Part shown: in pieces, positions 27,401 to 35,207 of the stretch | Layout of the letters: the number at the start of each line of letters is the position of its first letter | Position numbering within the stretch: the first letter of the stretch is position 1 | NCBI GenBank assembly: GCA_031520405.1 | Contig: GCA_031520405.1_4842.1 | Source of the DNA: a phage | Reading direction: 5' to 3' (one strand) | Length of the DNA: 64,000 nucleotides | Notes under the pieces: generated by a model | Database searches by the model: none | Told to the model about the DNA's origin: nothing | Seen by the model: only the letters and a program-made list of their open reading frames with translations | Program-made: the position numbers and the translations under genes

Positions 27401-29271
27401 TCACCACATATACATACACGGACAAAACAACCACGACCATGACTGGTGAACAGATTGTGGAGACGCAAGTTATCCCATACATGCGAGAGATCGATATTTC
27501 TTTCGACGCATCTGGGCTGCGACCTTTCACTCGTATGTATGCGTTCTTCTCTGGTCGTGACGTCAATCTGTATTGCAAACCGAATGGTGGTAATTTCGGT
27601 GACCAAATCACCACTGATGCCAATGGTGCTGTTAAAGGTATATTCCACGTTCCACAGAACGATACAATCAAGTTCAACACAGGCGACAACGTGTTCCGCT
27701 TAACGGATAGCCCTGTTGACAGTAAATCTGCGGATGATACACTGACCAATGCAGAAATTGTTCATAAATCTTTCGGTAAGAAACAAGGTATTCAAAAGAC
27801 CTTTGTCAACACTCGTGTCCTGGGTTACACTGCTAGTACTCGCACCGAAACTTCTACTTCTGAAGTGGTTGTTGATCAATGGCGTGATCCGATTGCCCAA
27901 TCGTTTATGGTGGCGACTAAGAATGGCGGCGAGTATATCGAAGGCGTGGAAGTATTCTTCTCTACCAAGTCACGTGATGTTCCGATCACTCTGGAAATTC
28001 GCGAGATGGAGAATGGCTTACCTTCTCATACAGTCATTACTCGTAAAACTTTGAACCCGTCTGAAGTGACGATCTCTACAGACTCTTCCGGCGGTACGAA
28101 GTTCACCTTTGATTATCCGGTGTATCTGCAAGCATCGACTGAGTTTGCTATCGTTTTGTTGGCGAATACTCAGGATTACAACGCGTATATCGCGGAAATG
28201 GGCAAGAAAAACCTTCTGTCCAACGAATATATCGCCAAACAACCGTATACAGGGGTGTTCTTCACTTCTTCAAACGGTTCTACATGGTCTCCAAACCAAA
28301 TGGCTGATATGAAATTCCGCATATATCGTTGTAACTTCGCTGCGGGACAGAACGTTGTAACATTTGATCCGAAGCTCGGGCCAAAACAACGTCCGTTGGG
28401 ATTGAACACTCTGAACTGCGTAAGCGGGTCTTCTGTTGTGACTGTGTTTGCACCTGGTCATGGTTTGGTTGCTGGGAACAATGTCACTCTTTCTGAATTG
28501 ACAGGCGGTTGTGGCTTTACTCCTGAACAACTTAACAAAACGTTTACTGTGACAGATGCGAGCTATACTTCATTCAAGATTGACGTCGGTACGGCAGCAG
28601 ACAGCAATGGACAAATCGGTGGAGATAATGCTTCTTTCTTGGGCAATTATCTGGTTGATATGTTCTATGCCAGCGTTACCAATTCGGCTCTGGAAGGTTC
28701 AATTCTGAAATTGGAATACCGTTATCGCGATGCCACTTCAAATTCTATGTCTGATTGGGCTGAGTTTGAAACTGACACTGACGTGGCATTGCCGACTGAA
28801 GGTATCTATCGTCAGGTCGGGGATTTCCAAATCCGAGCCACCATGACGCGTAGTGAAAACAACGTGTACACTGCTCCAATGATTGATGGCGATGACCTGA
28901 GCGTAATCTTCAACTCATACGGTGTGGATCCATTTGAAGATGTCTTCAAATACGTGACAAAGGACATCGGATTTGATAATCCGTGTTCTACTGTGAAGTT
29001 GTTCTTTGGTGCAATGCTCCCATCTCAGTCTTCGATGAAGGTGCAGGTGAAACTTCTACGAGCAGGGCAAGAGATGGATAGTGTGGCTTGGGAAGACGTC
29101 ACCCCAACTTCGCCTCTGGTTAACGACGGTTCCACATTCTTTGAATATGAGTATGACAAGACTGTGGCGAGCAATAACCCGTTTGTTGGCCTGAAAGTCC
29201 GAGCGCTTGTACGGGGGAACCGCGTTGCTCCTCCATCATTCAAAGACTTCCGTCTTATTGCTCTGGCATAA
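24433..29271 (+). CDS. large virion structural protein (1612 aa), probably baseplate or fibre associated
   Basis: single long ORF between the tailspike and neck genes; Ser/Thr/Gly-rich segments; exact T4 homolog not assigned. Confidence 0.6.
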   Translation: MQSTNLNRRPYWDDWNPGKRFSRILFRPMPIKVQTRELNQMQTILQDQIEKLGNHLFKDGSMVIPGGLTITNAAVSLKFTLAGGTEFTDLEGISELYVLGKDNNAKARVLSLERDLSAPDTMLAILEMTEAGNADGFHVNDNLYFQTYDVNDNFIRIGYGIAAAVTGSIVARMTKGVYFIRGMFLDVDDATLIVDKTSNITSHRIGFKVTETIVTETEDESLYSNAQGTINSKAPGAHRLRIDLVLSRFDYDAVVEDFVELAKVRDGKIQSMVTQSTYNILEDTLAQRTYETNGDYNVSTHQIDIREHLKVNNNGGVFGAADGGDESKFVSVMKPGISYVRGRRIENVGEELVIVDKARDTDVLNNTPVAVATGNYLVTKNSKGVPVISRTVRYKLLNASGVTQATALCISAERNSTEFRLYMRDLVVTGDASTITKVSYEESGITMFSAELESNQFNQSSMIDLIFSLPVFGVKTLAPTGSVDINYTVLRTYKVTLDSSGSGSISAPLGYSFSPEFSLYSAAKSDGSEAQFDISGSLSLTGSPVGSALQISLGSGNANQSINLLALMIRTTATIKTKTITETTETVTFTSQTSRPLANHDGWKLVSVKNDTGADVTSSFVLDGGQRDAGYYKSNLLSSAGAISGTYTVVYQYFAHSSGDFFSADSYTSMDYKDIPNYTSSTSGAVYGLADSLDFRPKITNGTSDTDMVRPNTAVILDTEYYLPRIDAIYLADNGVFGVARGISSNNLASPAIPANAMRLYELLIPPYTPNIDDIQIRTIDNRRYTMRDIGKLETRISNVEYYTSLSQLESSAMTQQVFDPITGNPRFKNGIAADPFKDFRLIDDLSEDWMGSIDTENGRLRPFVQQNVVDMTPVGWNKVMDGMVVCNYTPEISVNQEYATTTINVNPYAVFNWEGFLKINPTTDYWFENYYVSPRIINETINTRGTVQEGSVYGTWRTVSVSDRVWEPHGAGGVWWGYRYRTTVSARDVTTYTYTDKTTTTMTGEQIVETQVIPYMREIDISFDASGLRPFTRMYAFFSGRDVNLYCKPNGGNFGDQITTDANGAVKGIFHVPQNDTIKFNTGDNVFRLTDSPVDSKSADDTLTNAEIVHKSFGKKQGIQKTFVNTRVLGYTASTRTETSTSEVVVDQWRDPIAQSFMVATKNGGEYIEGVEVFFSTKSRDVPITLEIREMENGLPSHTVITRKTLNPSEVTISTDSSGGTKFTFDYPVYLQASTEFAIVLLANTQDYNAYIAEMGKKNLLSNEYIAKQPYTGVFFTSSNGSTWSPNQMADMKFRIYRCNFAAGQNVVTFDPKLGPKQRPLGLNTLNCVSGSSVVTVFAPGHGLVAGNNVTLSELTGGCGFTPEQLNKTFTVTDASYTSFKIDVGTAADSNGQIGGDNASFLGNYLVDMFYASVTNSALEGSILKLEYRYRDATSNSMSDWAEFETDTDVALPTEGIYRQVGDFQIRATMTRSENNVYTAPMIDGDDLSVIFNSYGVDPFEDVFKYVTKDIGFDNPCSTVKLFFGAMLPSQSSMKVQVKLLRAGQEMDSVAWEDVTPTSPLVNDGSTFFEYEYDKTVASNNPFVGLKVRALVRGNRVAPPSFKDFRLIALA

Positions 29272-29323
29272 ATAATGTTGAAAGGTGGGCGTAAAGCCCA
29301 CCAAACCAATAGAGGATAAAGAT

Positions 29324-29572
29324 ATGCGTGGAGTGAAAGTACAGGGGCACGCATCCATGTTGAGAAGCAGTTCTTGCCCTGGCGCGATTATTTGCACCGA
29401 TCACGCCGCTGGCATGGCTGCATTGCAAGCCCGTCAACGCAATGAAACCCGTGAAGCCACCATTGTTGAACAATCAAACCAGATATCTAATCTGGAGGCG
29501 ACAATCAAAATGATGGCCGAAAAGTTGGGGATCGAAATCCCCGAAGGAGGTCAGAATGGCGACGCAAGCTGA
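29324..29572 (+). CDS. hypothetical protein
   Basis: start set at ATG 29324 preceded by GAGGA RBS. Confidence 0.45.
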   Translation: MRGVKVQGHASMLRSSSCPGAIICTDHAAGMAALQARQRNETREATIVEQSNQISNLEATIKMMAEKLGIEIPEGGQNGDAS

Positions 29573-29897
29573 AAGAACGGGGCTTGACATCCGTGGTATC
29601 TTAACCGCTGTCGTGGCTTCTGCATTGGTCTCGGCAGCATCGTTCCTTTGGTTCATGGGCGGGATGGAAACGCGCGTGAATGTATTGGAACGAGATTCCA
29701 ACAAGATGGATCAAGTTCTTCAGAAAGTGAATGACATGAGTGAACGTATGGCGATCATGAATACTGACCTCGCATATGTCAAACAAAACATGGCTGAGTT
29801 AAAACTCAATAGCAGCAGTCTTTCAGATGATGTTCGCACACTGCGGATTACTGTATCTGATTTGCAGCAAAAGGGGAATAACAATGGCCGTCAATAA
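29556..29897 (+). CDS. membrane-anchored coiled-coil protein (N-terminal TM helix)
   Basis: 113-aa ORF; AAGGAGG RBS; hydrophobic segment ILTAVVASALVSAASFLWFMGG followed by heptad-like sequence. Confidence 0.55.
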   Translation: MATQAERTGLDIRGILTAVVASALVSAASFLWFMGGMETRVNVLERDSNKMDQVLQKVNDMSERMAIMNTDLAYVKQNMAELKLNSSSLSDDVRTLRITVSDLQQKGNNNGRQ

Positions 29898-30636
29898 GAT
29901 TCGAGACAAAAAATCTTTTATGAATTATGTCTTGCGTAAATTGGGTGCTCCTGTGATCCAAATTAACCTTGACAGTTCACAAGTCGAAGATGCAGTCGAT
30001 GATGCTCTGCAGAAATTTTGGGAATATCATCGTGATGGTAGCCAAGATGCGTTCTTCCTGTACCAAGTTAAACAAGAAGATATCGACAAGGGATATATAG
30101 AATTTCCCGATGATATTGACGATGTGATTGAAGTTATCCCTGGACCTCCTATTGAGTCAATCGGAAACTGGGCAACTCCTCAATGGCAAATGGCTCAAGC
30201 AATGCTTGTCCCCAAAGCAGCGCTGGTTTCTATTCGTCTCATTGATTATGTTTCCATGCAACAACGCCTGTCGGATATCACAAGCGTCTTAAATGTTCGC
30301 CGTAATTTTGTGTACAAGAAGTTCCAGCGACGCCTTTACCCGCAGTTTGCTGCCATTGTTGATGAAACTCTGGCTTTTCGTTGTTATCAAAATATCGACC
30401 CCGAATCGGAAGAAAACGCTGAAGCATGGAATGATATGTGGTTGAAAGCGTATGCGACTGCATTGGTCAAGCGCCGTTGGGCAGAGGTGCTTAAGAAGGC
30501 AAGAGGCATCCGTCTCCCTGGTGGTATCGAACTGGATGGTGATAGTATGTTCAGTGAGGCCGAGACCGAGATAGAGCGGCTGGAGGAAGAATTGCGTACT
30601 GGTCAGCAATACCCTATCGATTTTATGATGGGATAA
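29884..30636 (+). CDS. gp13: neck protein, T4 gp13-like
   Basis: position in the gp13-gp14-gp15-gp16-gp17 order; start at ATG 29884 after AAGGGGA RBS; N-terminal motif VLRKLGAPVIQINLD. Confidence 0.55.
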   Translation: MAVNKIRDKKSFMNYVLRKLGAPVIQINLDSSQVEDAVDDALQKFWEYHRDGSQDAFFLYQVKQEDIDKGYIEFPDDIDDVIEVIPGPPIESIGNWATPQWQMAQAMLVPKAALVSIRLIDYVSMQQRLSDITSVLNVRRNFVYKKFQRRLYPQFAAIVDETLAFRCYQNIDPESEENAEAWNDMWLKAYATALVKRRWAEVLKKARGIRLPGGIELDGDSMFSEAETEIERLEEELRTGQQYPIDFMMG

Positions 30637-30668
30637 GAGAAGGCGGGTTATCCCGCCTTTCTTTTTAT
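30637..30668. terminator. bidirectional intrinsic terminator
   Basis: AAGGCGGG-TTAT-CCCGCCTT followed by TCTTTTTAT; lies between convergent genes. Confidence 0.6.
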
Positions 30669-30877
30669 AACTTGATGTCGCGTCCGGAAGGATCTGAATT
30701 TGCTAGAATATAACCATCAACCACGTTCTTTTCGTCCCACCATTCAATAAAATCATTATCCTTTTCGCCTTTGATAAGACCCACAATGTTATATGAACCA
30801 TCGGCGATTTTAGCATCTACACAGATAATTCTCACACGCCTTCCGTCACGAGTTTCTTTAATATCTTCAACCTTCAT
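30665..30877 (-). CDS. hypothetical small protein encoded antisense within the neck module
   Basis: 70-aa ORF; GAGGA RBS on minus strand. Confidence 0.5.
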   Translation of the reverse strand: MKVEDIKETRDGRRVRIICVDAKIADGSYNIVGLIKGEKDNDFIEWWDEKNVVDGYILANSDPSGRDIKL

Positions 30878-30908
30878 TTATCAATTCCTCAAAAGAATTA
30901 ATGATTGA

Positions 30909-30933
30909 CTAAATACCTTCAAAATTGAGGGTA
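30909..30933 (+). promoter_or_regulatory. CTAAATAC box plus 5' hairpin (TACCTTC-AAAATT-GAGGGTA)
   Basis: same loop AAAATT as the copy at 47175-47194. Confidence 0.35.
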
Positions 30934-30938
30934 AAGTC

Positions 30939-31580
30939 ATGGCTACTTCAAAATATTTCAACTATACAGCACATCAAGGTACTCAAAAATTAATTGATGA
31001 CTTGGTGGTCGAGATGATACAATTGCGTGGGATTGACGTCAAGTATATCCCACGTTCTATTGTTGAAAAATACCCAATTTTAAACGAGGCCGAACACAAA
31101 TTCGACCAAGCGTTTGACATCGAAGTGTATATGCAGGATTATCAAGGCTTCAACACACAGATGTGGGAAAAGTTCGGCGGTATCCAATTACAAGATGAAG
31201 TGACCTTCACTATTGCTCGTCGTCGTTTTTCAGAAGTTATTGGTAATGGTCCAGGCCTTGAACAAATGCCTCAAGAAGGTGATTTGATATATCTGCCTAT
31301 GGCTAACAAAATATTTAAAGTGAATAACCCGAACAACGATGAAGAATTCATGCAATTTGGGAAATGGTACACATATTCCCTACCATGTACGTTGTTCCAA
31401 TACGGTAACGAAGATTTCGATACAGGTGTATCTGAAATAGACGATATCGATAAACGGTTGCAGGATCTGGAAGGAGACGGTGTGTACAAAGACGCCAGCC
31501 TGCAAACGGATAACCAATTTGCGGACGAAATAGAGAAAGATCTTTCGCCCAATAAAATGAAGATAGACTTCGGGGAATAA
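30939..31580 (+). CDS. gp14: neck protein, T4 gp14-like
   Basis: synteny and size. Confidence 0.5.
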   Translation: MATSKYFNYTAHQGTQKLIDDLVVEMIQLRGIDVKYIPRSIVEKYPILNEAEHKFDQAFDIEVYMQDYQGFNTQMWEKFGGIQLQDEVTFTIARRRFSEVIGNGPGLEQMPQEGDLIYLPMANKIFKVNNPNNDEEFMQFGKWYTYSLPCTLFQYGNEDFDTGVSEIDDIDKRLQDLEGDGVYKDASLQTDNQFADEIEKDLSPNKMKIDFGE

Positions 31581-31582
31581 TC

Positions 31583-32281
31583 ATGGCCAGACCATTTGAA
31601 AAATATTTCTACCATGAATCGTTGTTGAAATATATCCATGTTTTCAACGCTATCATGTCGGATTTAAAAGTCAAAACCGAACGTGGCTTGATGGAAATCC
31701 CGCTGCATATGGCCATTGGCCGCCGTAATGACCTCAACAGGAACGTGCCAGCCAATATGCTGCCATTTGCAACAATGTCCTTTGGTCAGTTCGAAATCAA
31801 TAAACAGGTGACCAAGTCGTATCATAATCAGATATCGACTGCAACTGCGCGGTCCAAACAACGAATTCCGATCATTATAGATTTTGAATATAACATCAGA
31901 ACGAAGAAACTGGTCGAAATGCTACAGGTGTTGGAACAAATTTATTCTGTGTTCACTCCTTCTGTTGACTGTCAGATAAAGGACAACGACACTTTATCTC
32001 AAGATCAGAACGTGAAGATAATGTTGGTAAATCACACGATTTCTGACAACTGGGAAGGAGACGCAACAGAATCACCACACATAGATTGTTCATTCAATTT
32101 TCAATTACATGGTCACATCTATGGAGAAGATTATTGGGTTGATGATGGTTCGGGCGGTGGGGATCCAAACGTCATCAAAGAGATAATTATTGAAATGTCT
32201 AATGATTTGAACATGCCATGGTCGGAACTTCCTGAATGGTTCCGAGTTGATAAAGACGGCATACATCATCCGGAGGATTGA
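31583..32281 (+). CDS. gp15: tail sheath stabiliser / tail completion protein, T4 gp15-like
   Basis: synteny and size. Confidence 0.5.
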   Translation: MARPFEKYFYHESLLKYIHVFNAIMSDLKVKTERGLMEIPLHMAIGRRNDLNRNVPANMLPFATMSFGQFEINKQVTKSYHNQISTATARSKQRIPIIIDFEYNIRTKKLVEMLQVLEQIYSVFTPSVDCQIKDNDTLSQDQNVKIMLVNHTISDNWEGDATESPHIDCSFNFQLHGHIYGEDYWVDDGSGGGDPNVIKEIIIEMSNDLNMPWSELPEWFRVDKDGIHHPED

Positions 32282-32964
32282 TCATGAGCAATATGTCAGA
32301 AAGGTTACTCGCCACACTTGATGCGGTGACTGCCCGAGACGAAGTTGGGAAGGAGGCAATGGAGGCTGTCGCCCCTCGTCCAGGTATTGACTTCGATGAA
32401 AATACAGGTGAATGGTTTGGTGAACGTCCGGAAGGGTATCAGCCGATTCCTGAACCGCCTTCATTGGAGGATATTGCTTCCAAGGAATCCAAAGTACCTG
32501 AGTTTGCGGACACTGATGCTACAACGGATTACAAACGGATACGCGACACAACATATGCCATGCAAGAAGCCACAATGTTCATGATGGGACAAGCCGCTAA
32601 ATTGGCTGCATCCACAGAAGCTCCGCGAGCATTTTCTGTTTTCCGTGAATTGGGTGAACTCATGCGAGGTCTGAATAAAGACTTGATGGAAAACCAGAAA
32701 ACCATCAAGGCGGTAACAGGTGATAAAGAACCACCTGTTGATGACACGACAGTGGATGTTACAACTTCACCAGACGGAACAACAACAGTATCGGTTGGGA
32801 AAAAGGCGCGATCTTCTCGCGATTTATTGAAGACGATCGAAGATGCACGCCGCCGCGCTGAAGAAAGAGCACAAGCAAAGGCCGCACAACAACCAGAAGA
32901 TGAAATCATTGATGGTGAAACAGTTGATGTGAAGGAAGAAGACGATGGCGTATCAGAAGCGTGA
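32278..32964 (+). CDS. terminase small subunit (gp16-like)
   Basis: position immediately upstream of and overlapping the terminase large subunit; charged C-terminus. Confidence 0.5.
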   Translation: MIMSNMSERLLATLDAVTARDEVGKEAMEAVAPRPGIDFDENTGEWFGERPEGYQPIPEPPSLEDIASKESKVPEFADTDATTDYKRIRDTTYAMQEATMFMMGQAAKLAASTEAPRAFSVFRELGELMRGLNKDLMENQKTIKAVTGDKEPPVDDTTVDVTTSPDGTTTVSVGKKARSSRDLLKTIEDARRRAEERAQAKAAQQPEDEIIDGETVDVKEEDDGVSEA

Positions 32965-35155
32965 TATAGAATATGCCCCAATTAAAACGGGGTTCAAAAT
33001 AGACGATGTGAAATTGCGTATGGACCAAACGTTCATGCGCAAACCTTCTGTGCGTGCTCCTCGAGTCGAGTTAATGCTGACAGATGAACAAGAAGACGAA
33101 TTCGTTGAATGTTCTATGGATGCACACTACTTCGCCGCCAACTATTACAAGATAACCACGATCGATAAGGGCTTTATCCTTTTCGATATGCATGATTATC
33201 AGAAGCAGTTGTTCCACGACTTTCAGGACTATCGATTTAATGCGGTCGTCCAGGCTCGTCAGTCCGGAAAATGTGTAAAAGGCGACACGCTTGTCACAGT
33301 TTACGATACTCTCAGCCAAGAGGAGTTGCTCCTGACTATAGGGGAGCTTCACAGCCGCTTCGAGGACGTCAACCACGCTGTGCCGCTGAATACCATTGGC
33401 AACCATGACAAGTTCGTGGACAGCCGCTTCGGCAAACGTTACTTTGTACAATCCGATAGTGGCTGGGTTCCGGTTATCGCAGCGCATAAGACGAAGAAAT
33501 ATGCGGAATTCGTTATTGTCACCGTTACCGGAAGGCGAATTAACGTGGCTGATGAACATATGTTCTTCACTCCGGACATGAAGGAGATATTTGCCAAAGA
33601 CCTGAATGCTGGGTCATACATCATGACGACAGAAGGTCCAGAAGAAATCCGTGAGATTTGGCAGACTGGTGAATATCACCATATGTACGATCTTCAGGTC
33701 AAATCTAGTGATCAACGTTATTACACGAATGGCTTTCTCAGTCATAACACGACCGTGGTGGCGGCGTTTCTTCTTTGGTATGCGATGTTCCATTCTGATA
33801 AGGAAATCGCAGTACTGGCAAACAAAGAGAAACAAGCGATAGAAATTCTTGACCGTATCAGAAAAGCATACCAAGACCTTCCATTCTTCCTTCAGCAGGG
33901 TTGTGAGAAGTTTGGTTCTACCCTGATAGAGTTTGAGAATGGTTCTAAGATATACGCTTATGCCACGTCTTCGGACTCCATCCGTGGTCGTTCTGTATCG
34001 CTCTTGTACGTTGACGAAGTCGCGTTTATCGAAAACGACTTTGAATTTTGGGAATCAACTTTCCCAGCCATTGCATCTGCCGATACATCACGCTGTATTT
34101 TGACAAGTACTCCGAAAGGCCAGCGAGGGTTGTTCTATGATATTGTCACCAAAGCAGATCCGCGCCATCCACAATACAACGACTTCCACCTAACTGAAGT
34201 CCCATGGTATAAGGTTCCGGCATATACCAAAGATCCAGATTGGGAAACCAAACAACGTGCCCGTCTGGGGGATGCTCGTTTCGATCAAGAATTTGGCATT
34301 AAGTTCCGTGGTTCCGTGGGTTCATTGATTCCGGCCAAATGCTTAGATAAAATGACGTCCAAGTTGTATCGGGAACCTAATGAATTCACCAAGATTTATA
34401 AGGAATACGACCCACAACGTCTCTACTTTGGGATTGCGGACACTGGGAAGGGGGTGGAAGGAGATTATTCCGTCTTAACAATTCTGGATATAACTGAATA
34501 TCCGCATGTCATAGCAGCCAAGTACAGGAATAATACGATACCTCCTATGATGTATGCATACACGATAGCTGATATGTGCACCGAATACGGGGAATGTCCT
34601 GTCCTTGTTGAAACAAACAACGACGTCGGCGGTCAGGTTATTACAATTCTTTATCAAGAGATAGAATATCCAGAAATCATATTCACATCAACAGATAACA
34701 AAGGGACGGGGAAACGGATTGGTGGACGTAAACCGGAACCTGGTATCAATACCAACAGAAAAGTCCGATCTATCGGTTGTGCTAACCTGAAAGCGCTCAT
34801 TGAGAAAGAAATGTTGGTGATAGAAGACCAGGACACGATAGATGAACTCAGTACATTTGTGTTCAAAGGCGCTCGGTATGAAGCCGATGACGGTTGTCAC
34901 GATGACTGTGTCATGCCGTTGGTCTTATATTCATGGGCAGTAAAACAAGAATGGTTCAGTGATTTGACATCTACAAGTATTTCTCAGGACATGAGAAACC
35001 GAATGTCTTCAACTGAATCTCAGCAGGTATTCCCATTTGGTGGTTTAGTCGTTGGAGACACCCCATCCGAAACTGAGCATTTGCCTGGTTTCGGGGGTAT
35101 TCAAGTTTTCAACGAAATGTCAGGGATGACCATGGATGAGTGGGTTAAGAATTGA
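32945..35155 (+). CDS. gp17: terminase large subunit, T4 gp17-like, interrupted by a mini-intein
   Basis: flanking sequence RQSGK / TTVVAAFLLWYAMF...LYVDEVAFIEN matches remembered T4 gp17 RQLGKTTVVAIFLAHF...IYIEDCAFIPN. Confidence 0.85.
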   Translation: MAYQKRDIEYAPIKTGFKIDDVKLRMDQTFMRKPSVRAPRVELMLTDEQEDEFVECSMDAHYFAANYYKITTIDKGFILFDMHDYQKQLFHDFQDYRFNAVVQARQSGKCVKGDTLVTVYDTLSQEELLLTIGELHSRFEDVNHAVPLNTIGNHDKFVDSRFGKRYFVQSDSGWVPVIAAHKTKKYAEFVIVTVTGRRINVADEHMFFTPDMKEIFAKDLNAGSYIMTTEGPEEIREIWQTGEYHHMYDLQVKSSDQRYYTNGFLSHNTTVVAAFLLWYAMFHSDKEIAVLANKEKQAIEILDRIRKAYQDLPFFLQQGCEKFGSTLIEFENGSKIYAYATSSDSIRGRSVSLLYVDEVAFIENDFEFWESTFPAIASADTSRCILTSTPKGQRGLFYDIVTKADPRHPQYNDFHLTEVPWYKVPAYTKDPDWETKQRARLGDARFDQEFGIKFRGSVGSLIPAKCLDKMTSKLYREPNEFTKIYKEYDPQRLYFGIADTGKGVEGDYSVLTILDITEYPHVIAAKYRNNTIPPMMYAYTIADMCTEYGECPVLVETNNDVGGQVITILYQEIEYPEIIFTSTDNKGTGKRIGGRKPEPGINTNRKVRSIGCANLKALIEKEMLVIEDQDTIDELSTFVFKGARYEADDGCHDDCVMPLVLYSWAVKQEWFSDLTSTSISQDMRNRMSSTESQQVFPFGGLVVGDTPSETEHLPGFGGIQVFNEMSGMTMDEWVKN
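33272..33748 (+). mobile_element. mini-intein (159 aa) in the terminase Walker A P-loop
   Basis: begins Cys-Val-Lys-Gly-Asp-Thr-Leu-Val, ends His-Asn, +1 residue Thr; excision restores GK-TT; too short for an endonuclease domain. Confidence 0.8.
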
Positions 35156-35158
35156 TCA

Positions 35159-35166
35159 CTAAATAT
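35159..35166 (+). promoter_or_regulatory. CTAAATAT late-promoter-like box upstream of the tail sheath gene
   Basis: motif match. Confidence 0.3.
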
Positions 35167-35207
35167 CTTTCAAATTGAGCGAAACTCTACCGAGAAGGAA
35201 TGATATT

